Positions 1 to 7,955 of a DNA stretch of 42,165 nt are shown in pieces; the first letter of the stretch is position 1; each line of letters starts with the position of its first letter. The notes under the pieces were generated by a model. That model saw only the letters and a program-made list of their open reading frames with translations, had not been told where the DNA came from and made no database searches. Location of the stretch: the NCBI GenBank assembly GCA_026991575.1, contig JALXBF010000151.1, forward strand, positions 1-42,165, read 5' to 3'. A program made the position numbers and the translations under genes. The stretch comes from Planctomycetota bacterium (GTDB lineage: Bacteria; Planctomycetota; Planctomycetia; JALXBF01).

Positions 1-2
1 GG

Positions 3-341
3 CTGCCTGGGCTAGAGGGGTACGAGTGTCTGTGCGTGGTGGCGTTGTTGCCTGGTCGTGATCCGCTGTATGTGCTGGTTTCTCCGGCGGCGCGTGGTAG
101 GGGTCGTACACCGCAGTGGTGGGTGAACCGCTACAGGAAGCGTTGGGTGGCGGAGCAGTTGAATCGCGGTCTGAAGCAGCTGTTCGATTTGGAGAAGTTT
201 CTGGTCCGCACGTGGGTGGCGATTGAGCGGCTGATCTGGCTGTGTGCGATGGTGTTGTTCTGGATCAGTTGGTTCGCGGCCGAGCACAAGGCGGTCGTGA
301 TGTCGGAGCTGCGAAAGAAGGGGTACCTGAGCGAGGCCTGA
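3..341 (+). mobile_element. IS4-family DDE transposase, C-terminal part (5' end outside window; possibly frameshifted at the 3' end)
   Basis: Frame is open from the window edge (LPGLEGYECLCVVALLPG...). YRKRWVAEQLNRGLKQ fits the Y-x2-R-x3-E-x6-K (YREK) signature of IS4-type transposases. Confidence 0.8.
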
Positions 342-704
342 GTGCCTGTTCTACGCGTTCTGCCAGTCGATTCTGCGTGAGGATCGACCGTCGGCGGGGT
401 ACATGCCAGGGGGGCCCTGAGGGGGCGCCCGCGGAAACTCACCTCTGTCTGCTCACGGACCAGGTGCACACTGGCCGTAGGACGTGGTCGCGACGCACCG
501 TGTGCACGCCAGGGGGCTATCGCGCGCCGGTGTCGCCCACGGTCCGAGAGTGTCCCCTTCGGCACCGGAGCCTACGGAGCGCACCCCGCCTACACGCTGG
601 CATCCCGATGAGCGCTGTCTCGCGCGTACTCGCTCCCCGCGTCGCCGGGTCCAAGCTCGCTCCTGCCGCCTCCGTCAGCGACAAGCTCCAGCAGGGAAAA
701 ACGC

Positions 705-735
705 TTGACAGTCTCTCTCTCTCTTTCTCTAGACT
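705..735 (+). promoter_or_regulatory. sigma70-type promoter, TTGACA-N19-TAGACT, upstream of the 792-4807 operon
   Basis: Perfect -35 TTGACA at 705-710, TAGACT at 730-735, A-tract at 697-701; GGAGG RBS and ATG follow at 792. Spacer is 19 nt rather than the optimal 17. Confidence 0.6.
712..724. repeat. (TC)6T dinucleotide microsatellite inside the promoter spacer
   Basis: tctctctctctct read directly, followed by ttctct; I noticed no comparable tract elsewhere in the window. Confidence 0.9.
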
Positions 736-791
736 ATGCGCAAACGCTGGCTCTGTCGTTCAGAAGCGCAAGCGGGCGCGGAGGACCCCAC

Positions 792-1772
792 ATGTGGCGT
801 GAGGGGCGTTTGAGCCGGCAGGCTAGCCGTAATTGGGTACGAGCGCGGCTGCCCGGTGTGCTAGTCGGAGTCGTCCTCGCAACGGCCGCAGCCGGCAAGC
901 TCGGAGCCCTTGTCCGCGAGCCCGTGGCTGCCTGGGCATTCGTCTTGGGACCGGTGGGCTACATCGCTTTATGCGCGTGGGAGGGCTTCCTGGGAACCCA
1001 GCTAGTGCTTCATCCCACTCGCTATGCCGTCGCAGCGGCTGTCGCCACTTTCGGTCTCTTTGTTGGATACCACATATGGGTTCGCGCCGGCGGTGGCGCA
1101 GCGTGCGGCTGTTTTGGCATATTGGAGGTCAGCGACGACTGGGCTCTCGCGGTCGCCGTGCTCAGCCTAGGTGCTTCGTGCGCGGCCTGGATTGGCCTCA
1201 GCCCGCATGCTAGCTACCGTCAACAACGCCTCTATTGGCCGTTGGCCATCGGCGCTGGCATTGGTTGCGCGCTGCTACTTGCGGCTAGCGTTGTCGTAGC
1301 TCAGCAGGGTGCGACAGACGGCATCCGCGTTGGCAAGAGAATCATCTGGGTCGAACCCCAGCAGTGGCTCGGTCGCCCCTTTCCGCTAAGGAGGTTCGTG
1401 ACGAGCTGGCGTCTAGAGGAGAAGGACTACGTCGCCGCGGTGATCCGCGAGGGGTGTTCGCGCTGCGACCAATTCTTGGAGCACCTAAACTCCCTACGCT
1501 GGTCCGGTAGTCCCCGGTTGGTTGTGCTGGTGGCCGACGCCAGAGATAGCTCGCCGGGCCGCATCGACTTACCAGGACCGGTATACGTCTGGAACTTGGA
1601 TTCCCGTTGGCAGTGGAGCATACCAACGCCTTCGGTGGTTCTGATTCGCGATGGCCTCGTGGTGAAGGTAGGTGATGAAAACCTGCTTCTGCAGCTTGCG
1701 CGCTGGTTTGGCATTCGTAACAGGGCAGCGGAGCCACGGGGCAGCGCTGCCGCGGTCGTCGAGGCACGGTGA
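792..1772 (+). CDS. MauE/DoxX-family membrane protein fused to a C-terminal thioredoxin-like CxxC domain
   Basis: About 5 hydrophobic helices with ACGCFG (MauE-family CGCFG motif), then a soluble domain with REGCSRC and a later PTP (cis-Pro-like). Start at ATG 792 behind GGAGG. Confidence 0.75.
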   Translation: MWREGRLSRQASRNWVRARLPGVLVGVVLATAAAGKLGALVREPVAAWAFVLGPVGYIALCAWEGFLGTQLVLHPTRYAVAAAVATFGLFVGYHIWVRAGGGAACGCFGILEVSDDWALAVAVLSLGASCAAWIGLSPHASYRQQRLYWPLAIGAGIGCALLLAASVVVAQQGATDGIRVGKRIIWVEPQQWLGRPFPLRRFVTSWRLEEKDYVAAVIREGCSRCDQFLEHLNSLRWSGSPRLVVLVADARDSSPGRIDLPGPVYVWNLDSRWQWSIPTPSVVLIRDGLVVKVGDENLLLQLARWFGIRNRAAEPRGSAAAVVEAR

Positions 1773-1811
1773 CGTGGCGCGCAACACGCCACCAGTTCCT
1801 GGAGGCAGCAG

Positions 1812-2822
1812 ATGCGCGCGTGGCTGGTGATTGCTAACGCGGCCGCCTTTGTTACACTCACCATCGGCTGCGCTCCGCGACGGGACGCGGTGGTCGTTGC
1901 AGAAACCGGACCGGTTTTCGTTAACATAGATTCCCCGAAACCGATCCGCCACACGTTCCGAGTTAAGAATGACAGCGATCACGCCGTAGCAGTGGTTAGG
2001 CTACGGACCTCTTGCAATTGCGCCCAGGCGCGCTTGACGACACACCGCCTGCCACCTGACAGCGCGACCGATCTAACCTTGTCGTACATACCCGATGGAG
2101 CATGGGGTGTGGACTCCGTCCACGCGGACGTGTTCTTCAGCGACGGAACCGTTACGCGCTATGTCTTGCGCGTGGCCTGGTTCCCCCGCCTGTACTTGTC
2201 GCCGCGACCGGTTCAGCTTTCGGTACCGCTTGGCCAACCAAAGTGGACATCGATCCGCTGCCAGCTGTTTGCACCGTCACGGCAGGCTCTTCCCGTGTAT
2301 GAGTCGCTTAACTGCACTGATGGTTTGACCTGCGAGCTAACCTCCCAGGAGGAGCAGCAGATTGGACCGCGCGTGTGGGAGAGGGCTTACGTATTTCGTG
2401 TGACCGCCGAGCCCACGGCTTCGCCAGGCCGCTATCGCGGCAGGGTACTGATGACGTTTCGTACTAACGATGGGCAAGTCCTCAATGCCTCGGCAGATGT
2501 CCACTGGACAGTGCTCCCGGTCCTGCGCTGCCGTCCACCCGTGGCAAGCCTCGGCCTAGAGGGTACCGCCACGGTCCAAGTGGTTGCGGAGGACGGCGCC
2601 GCGTTCGAAATCGTTGATGTGGCTCTTGATCCCCCCGAAGCTGCTCGGTGGCTGGCAGCAGACATCAACCCAGATGGCCGGTCCATTCGGCTGACCGCCA
2701 CTACCGCCTCCGAGCCTCAAGACACGCCCATGACCCGGCGGTGCACGGTGCGTATTCGGACAACGCATCGCAAACAGGCTGAGGTAACCTTGACGGTGCT
2801 GTCTTACGTGGTGCCCCGCTAA
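1812..2822 (+). CDS. DUF1573-domain (Ig-like) putative lipoprotein
   Basis: Signal peptide ending TIGC (lipobox-like); HTFRVKNDSDHAVAVVRLRTSCNCAQA...LPP fits the DUF1573 pattern (F.+.N....+.+..+..SCxC); further beta-rich domains follow; CTGGAGG RBS. Confidence 0.75.
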   Translation: MRAWLVIANAAAFVTLTIGCAPRRDAVVVAETGPVFVNIDSPKPIRHTFRVKNDSDHAVAVVRLRTSCNCAQARLTTHRLPPDSATDLTLSYIPDGAWGVDSVHADVFFSDGTVTRYVLRVAWFPRLYLSPRPVQLSVPLGQPKWTSIRCQLFAPSRQALPVYESLNCTDGLTCELTSQEEQQIGPRVWERAYVFRVTAEPTASPGRYRGRVLMTFRTNDGQVLNASADVHWTVLPVLRCRPPVASLGLEGTATVQVVAEDGAAFEIVDVALDPPEAARWLAADINPDGRSIRLTATTASEPQDTPMTRRCTVRIRTTHRKQAEVTLTVLSYVVPR

Positions 2823-2836
2823 CCTGGAGGTATGCC

Positions 2837-3295
2837 ATGCGCACGAGTACTTCCGTGACCACATTCGCCACGGTAGCGGTCTTGATCGCAGGTCTAGCTC
2901 CTGGCCTAGTTTTGGGGGTGGGTGACGACCAATTGTGCTACCCGGGACCACCCGTTGTAGGGGACTGCGTCACGGAGGAAGGCGACGACGAGTTTTGCCA
3001 TCTACATTTCCTCTTGGTCAGCGACACCGAGTGCGACCGGTCGCGACCCGTTCGTATGTGCACGTACAAATGGACGTGCCGGTGGGACTCAAAACGGAAG
3101 CTCTGGAGGAAAACCGAAGCCACCCTCAAAGTCTACGCTCAATGCAAGGATCCCCAAGACGTTGACGAGCCTCAAGGTTGCTGGCATTGCCCCGCGTCCC
3201 TGATTTGTAGAGTGGATCGTTTTTACCAGGATCCGTACTGCACGCGTCAGACTTCGCTGTACCGATGGTTCCGAATGCGCGAGGCCTGCTACTGA
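2837..3295 (+). CDS. Secreted cysteine-rich small protein (12 Cys in the mature region)
   Basis: Hydrophobic N-terminal signal (TFATVAVLIAGLAPGLVLG), 12 Cys counted after it, CTGGAGG RBS, 14 nt after the previous stop. Confidence 0.75.
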   Translation: MRTSTSVTTFATVAVLIAGLAPGLVLGVGDDQLCYPGPPVVGDCVTEEGDDEFCHLHFLLVSDTECDRSRPVRMCTYKWTCRWDSKRKLWRKTEATLKVYAQCKDPQDVDEPQGCWHCPASLICRVDRFYQDPYCTRQTSLYRWFRMREACY

Positions 3296-3403
3296 CGCAG
3301 GGCTCGGGCCGCCCTGCATACCGCATCCTTGCCTACTCGCCGAACGCAGCGGGCGAATGGGTCAGCGGTGAAAGGCGCAGCACATCCCTTCTGGAGGTTG
3401 GAA

Positions 3404-4807
3404 ATGCTCGGGCGAATTGCAGTCGCCGCATGTATCGCCGCACTGGGCGCTTCTGGCGGGGCCGGACTGGACCAGTCTGGGCCAGAAGCGCCACAGACAG
3501 GAGCGTTGGGCAGGGAGGAAGTGCGTGCTCTGATGGAAGCTGTGCGTGCGAATGCTGAGTCGGTCACGTCGTACTACATCCGCTATGAGAACCGTGCTTA
3601 CGCCGTGGAAGGAGAGCACGATCTCGGGCAAGCACCAGCTGAAGAGAATCTCGAATACGTAGAAACGTTCGAATGGTGGCGGTCAGACCGTCTGTGGTGC
3701 TTGCGGCACGTTCATCGCACGGTTCGTACAAGACCGTTCCGGATCGTGGATAAGGAACGTGTGAGGGATGAGGGAGAGGATCGGGAATCAGAGTTACTGG
3801 TTGAAACGGGCACAGGGGGCCCGCCGCACACAACGATCAGTGAGTGTATCGGGTACATTGGTGGAGAACTGTTCTGGTGGAGCCGACAAGGCGGTCGTGG
3901 AAACCGGATTCTACAGGGGGATATGTGGTTCACGTCAAAGAGCGACGCATGGAAATTCATCCCGTCGGGCGGAGATACTCCGGTCGTGCTCTTGCCAGGA
4001 GGAAGCCAGCCGAGCGGTCCGTACGCAGCGGTGGAGCACGCCCTCCAGGAAGGAACCGCGTTGTGGCGCCGGGGTGTCGAGCTGCTAGGCCACGAATGCG
4101 TTGTCGTTGAGGGTCCATGGCGGGAAGTTGCAGGGCAAGTGGAAGCTGGAATCGGTAACGATCAGCGCCAAACGGACAACGATGGCGCAAGCCCGCCCGA
4201 TGTCGAGATGCGCGGGTCGTGCCGCGTCTATCTCGACGTATGTTGCCCCGGACTCATTCGCGGCGCCGACGTCGTGCTGTCGGTCACCGACGAAACTGGA
4301 AACTCCGTACTCTTCGAGTCCTTTGTGCGGACAGCAGAGGCACGCAAGGTCGACGGACGGGCGTGGGTTGCTTGGGAGCTCCGGACCTGGCAAAGATTGC
4401 AAAGCACGGACGAGTCGCAGGACGCTGGTCGCGCTACTGTGATCATCGGCCGCGTGAAGAGTTGCGAGTTCAGAGAGCTACGAGACGACGAGCCGGGTAT
4501 CGAGCTTCCTGCACGCACACGTGTTTATTCGTACGACCGAGAGGATGCCGTGTACGAGCAGCTACGGCCCATCCGCCTGACCACTACAAACTTCGCCTCC
4601 TGGCACAAGCGTGTGCTGAACAGGCTCGGACCGCCCGAGCTCGTGCTGGGTGGTGTCCCTCCGGGAGCAGCATACCGCGACAAGACCGGGGCGCTCGACG
4701 TGCCGGGCTTCGTGCTCGTGGCCCTGCTTCTGGCAGCTCCAGCTGCACTGTTGCTCCTGGTGCACTGGTGGCGCCGCCGTAGCGACACGGCACCTGGAGA
4801 GAATTGA
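3404..4807 (+). CDS. Exported protein with C-terminal membrane anchor (unknown function; beta-rich, possibly LolA-like fold)
   Basis: ATG 3404 behind CTGGAGG; signal peptide MLGRIAVAACIAALGASGGA; C-terminal VPGF + hydrophobic helix + WWRRR. The fold call is inference only. Confidence 0.7.
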   Translation: MLGRIAVAACIAALGASGGAGLDQSGPEAPQTGALGREEVRALMEAVRANAESVTSYYIRYENRAYAVEGEHDLGQAPAEENLEYVETFEWWRSDRLWCLRHVHRTVRTRPFRIVDKERVRDEGEDRESELLVETGTGGPPHTTISECIGYIGGELFWWSRQGGRGNRILQGDMWFTSKSDAWKFIPSGGDTPVVLLPGGSQPSGPYAAVEHALQEGTALWRRGVELLGHECVVVEGPWREVAGQVEAGIGNDQRQTDNDGASPPDVEMRGSCRVYLDVCCPGLIRGADVVLSVTDETGNSVLFESFVRTAEARKVDGRAWVAWELRTWQRLQSTDESQDAGRATVIIGRVKSCEFRELRDDEPGIELPARTRVYSYDREDAVYEQLRPIRLTTTNFASWHKRVLNRLGPPELVLGGVPPGAAYRDKTGALDVPGFVLVALLLAAPAALLLLVHWWRRRSDTAPGEN

Positions 4808-5736
4808 ACACCGGCACTGCACCCGGGCGCTGGCGGATAGGTCCGTGTCGCGAGACAGATGGTTCGCCTCCAACCGCGGAACAAAACAGGCCAAATAGTG
4901 CGCCGAAGGTCCTCTGTGGCCGGTCACAGTGCAGGCGTACGTCTGCAATCGGCATGGTCATCAATACGCGCATTGGCCAGGAGGAGCGGGGCTCAGCCGA
5001 AGGGGGAGCCTGTGGCAAAGCCGGGACGGCCGCTGACCTGGGTTCATGATGTTGTTACACCAGTTCGTACTCTATCGGGCAGACCGATGCTCATCGGCGG
5101 GCTCGACATAGCAGAGGCTTCGGCAATTGACCGCGACCTGTCCGAGGAACTCCCGCGGGCCCACCCGCTGCACAGGCGAGGGCTGCAGCGTGCGCCTCGC
5201 TCCCCGGATGTCCGGTCCCGCAGCAGGTGCGGCCAGTATGTCTACCGGCTACAACCAAGGAGCTGCGTCACCGGCTCATCGACAGTCGGCACGGGACTAA
5301 CACTGGCAATACAGCGATATTCGGAGGCACCGCCGGTTGCATCACACGGTGCGCGTCGTATGATTGCGACGCACTGTCCGGCTAGAGCACACCGGCCCGT
5401 CGCAGCCCCTACCGGGCTTTGGCGCGGGGGCCTTGCCAGCTCATGGTCGGCGCATGCAACCACGGGCTGCGAGTCACAATCCGCGGCACCGTCGCTTCGG
5501 CAAGCGGAGCACGGAACGCATGAGTGGTTCCAGCCGTCCCGGAGCGCAACGCTTGGCCTGCTCGCAACGACAGCATGCATCTGGAAGCACCTGGATACGG
5601 CGGAGCCAGTCGAGGATGCCGGCATCGTTCAGATCCCCGGTGTGAGCAGCGCGATACGGATAGGGTGCAGACTTTCGGATTGCCTCAGCCGCAACTGGCT
5701 GACACCGAGCTGTCCATAACGCGGTGAGCACTTGCC

Positions 5737-7563
5737 ATGGATCGTACAACCTGGCGCTGGGTGTTCGTCACGGCCGTTACGCTGGTGACCGCTGCCTGTG
5801 CCGGCGCGCAGCTTATCAGGCAAGATTCGTACTTCTCAATGGAGCTGCGACTGTTCCTGGCAGGATTGCACCGATGGTGTGGTGACGCAGAGGATCCCGT
5901 GATCCTTCCCCAAGGGATACGGCTGGCTCCAATGGCCGTCGCTGCTCCCGCGGTATTCGGCGCGCTTCCTGCATGGACGCTGGATCGACGGAACTTATCG
6001 GGGCAAGCCGCCGGCCCGCCCCCGTGGCTGACAATGGACACACTGGTCGACACCGCTGGCCCAGGCCCGGTGCTAGCTGCGCTGCGTCTGGGAAGAATCG
6101 TCGTCTTAAGTCTCTGGATTGCAAGCATCTGGCTACTCTGGTTGGTCCTGCGGCGATACGGGCACGCCGCAGCCACCACCGCTATCGTCTTCTATGCTTT
6201 CAGCCCTAGTTTCTTGTCGTTTGGCCACTTGTTATCTAGCGACACACTGGCCTGTGTCGCTGCCATTGCGGCGTGCGCTGCAATGAGCTGGTACGTTGTT
6301 CGTCCGGGACCAGCGCGGGCCGGAGTCGCTGGCGCAGCTATCGCCGCCGGAATCAGTACAAAACTCTCGCTGATTGTCCTGGTCCCGTCATGGGTATTCG
6401 CCACCTATGCAGCGGGAGCGACGCTGTATCAGGGATCAGCAGCTAGGGTGCTGGGTAGACTGCTGTGGCATACCGTGGTCGCGCTCGTAGTTGCCTGGGC
6501 GGTGCTAGGGGCCATTCACGGCTTCTCGTACGGGTATCCGCCCCCGTACGAACGCCCGATGAGCGCTACCGTTGCCCGATACTTGTCGGGCCAATCAGCC
6601 TTGGGCATGTGGGGACCGACGATTGCACGGATCATCCCGGCAGAACTTCTCCGCGCGGTAGACGCACAGTGCCGCTCTCACGAGACGTACATCGCTCCCG
6701 TGCGCGTGCTCGGGCAGTGGTTCACAACAGGCACGCCGCTGTATTACATCGGAACAGCAGTTGCCAAAGAACCGGTCGGCTTTGTGGTGGTCCTTGCGGC
6801 AGCATTGCTCGTTGCGGTGTGCATCGTCTGTTGGCCGTTCTCCCAGGAGGCTCGATATGTGGTCCCATTTGCAGCCTTCAGCCTGCTCTTGCTTGTGGTA
6901 GCGTCAACGATGCCAGGTTACCAGGACTACCGCTACGTCCTCCCCGCGCTTGCAGTGTTGCCGGCCTGTACAGCGTACTGCCTGAGCACTGCGCCGCGAC
7001 CCGTGTGCACAGTACTGTACCTCGCCACCTGGCTCGGCGCCATAGAGGGGCTGGGTGCCTGGCCGCATTACACGGCGTTCGTAAACGTGGTGGGCCACTA
7101 TGCTGCCGGGGATGGGCACCGATTGGTGGATCCCAAAACCGTGTACCGGACACAGGACCTATTCCGTCTGCGTGAATGGCTGAGCAGACATCCGCAGGTG
7201 GAGATTGTCGCCTTAGACATCGATACAGGAGAAGCACCGCTGGCCCTTTATGGCCTGCCCAAGCCACCTGCTGCAGCGCGACTGGCCCATTCGCAAGGGA
7301 CCGTCAGCTCCAACAGCACCCATCGGTTCGTGCAACCCGGCTGGTACGTCATGCACAAGAGCCTTGTGGCTGACGATCCGCTCGCAGTTGTGACCACGGA
7401 CGGTGGGTGGCCTGGCTCGAGATCCGTGTATGACTACCTCCGGGGAAAGCGCCCTGACATCACTGTGGGTACCACCATCTACGCCTATCAGCTGACACGT
7501 GACGATTGTCGACGTATCACCCAGACGGTTCCCGCCGCTCTGAGCTATCCACGCCAGCAGTGA
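5737..7563 (+). CDS. GT-C fold polytopic glycosyltransferase (PMT/GT39-ArnT-like), divergent
   Basis: 608 aa, many TM helices; motifs FSPSFLSFGHLLSSD, TKLS, YYIGTAVAKEP, RYVLPA, QDLFRLREWL, PGWY resemble planctomycete GT39-like proteins. Confidence 0.7.
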   Translation: MDRTTWRWVFVTAVTLVTAACAGAQLIRQDSYFSMELRLFLAGLHRWCGDAEDPVILPQGIRLAPMAVAAPAVFGALPAWTLDRRNLSGQAAGPPPWLTMDTLVDTAGPGPVLAALRLGRIVVLSLWIASIWLLWLVLRRYGHAAATTAIVFYAFSPSFLSFGHLLSSDTLACVAAIAACAAMSWYVVRPGPARAGVAGAAIAAGISTKLSLIVLVPSWVFATYAAGATLYQGSAARVLGRLLWHTVVALVVAWAVLGAIHGFSYGYPPPYERPMSATVARYLSGQSALGMWGPTIARIIPAELLRAVDAQCRSHETYIAPVRVLGQWFTTGTPLYYIGTAVAKEPVGFVVVLAAALLVAVCIVCWPFSQEARYVVPFAAFSLLLLVVASTMPGYQDYRYVLPALAVLPACTAYCLSTAPRPVCTVLYLATWLGAIEGLGAWPHYTAFVNVVGHYAAGDGHRLVDPKTVYRTQDLFRLREWLSRHPQVEIVALDIDTGEAPLALYGLPKPPAAARLAHSQGTVSSNSTHRFVQPGWYVMHKSLVADDPLAVVTTDGGWPGSRSVYDYLRGKRPDITVGTTIYAYQLTRDDCRRITQTVPAALSYPRQQ

Positions 7564-7903
7564 AGAAGCTCAGGTTCGTACCTGGATGGTCGGGTTTCCT
7601 GAGGAGGACATCCCCGGGTTGCGACCAGGAACCCTGGGCTTGCAAGTTGATGGCAGACTAGCCGTGACACCTGGTCGAAACAGGCTCATCAGCACGCACA
7701 TCGCCCGCTCGCCTACAGTTCCTTTTTCCCATTAGGCACACAGTCTTCTCGGCAAGAGCGGGCTTGCACGGGCGATCGTGTCCATCGGCCAATGGCATCT
7801 TCGCGACGGTCCTGCACGCACCGATCGTCCCAGTGGGGCGTGCGGCCGCGTGATCTGTGTTGCAAAAAGGGCGACGGCACGTTGTCCGAGCGCATCGGCG
7901 GTC

Positions 7904-7912
7904 TGCTACACT
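7904..7912 (+). promoter_or_regulatory. Extended -10 element (TGcTACACT) upstream of the Gfo/Idh/MocA gene
   Basis: tgctacact about 45 nt before the ATG at 7956; TTGTCC at 7882-7887 is a weak -35. Confidence 0.35.
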
Positions 7913-7955
7913 AGTGGGGCGCGCGGTGTCCGTGCCGGTCTGGAGGTCGAGAACG

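Noticed and set aside
705..791. N-terminal extension MTVSLSLSLDY... of the 355-aa ORF
   Set aside because: The TTG start is the -35 box and SLSLSL is the translated TC repeat; ATG 792 has a proper RBS.
2837..3295. Methylamine dehydrogenase small subunit (mauA) call
   Set aside because: No Tat signal, no recognisable MauA motifs, and no mauB or mauG in the window.
5010..5035. GGCAAAGCCGGGACG, reminiscent of a c-di-GMP-I riboswitch
   Set aside because: Order of conserved elements and the required stems do not fit.
5234..5248. 15-nt exact match CAGTATGTCTACCGG also found at 40633-40647
   Set aside because: About one 15-mer match is expected by chance in 42 kb; the ORF it opens here is only 20 codons.
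4859..5719. 286-aa ORF in the island gap
   Set aside because: Arg/Ser/Ala/Pro-rich, no motif, no clear RBS; looks like a chance GC-rich ORF.
7592..7634. Imperfect inverted repeat GGGTTTCCTG/CAGGAACCC after the GT-C gene as terminator or island end
   Set aside because: Long loop, a bulge, no U-tract and no matching repeat at the island's other side.
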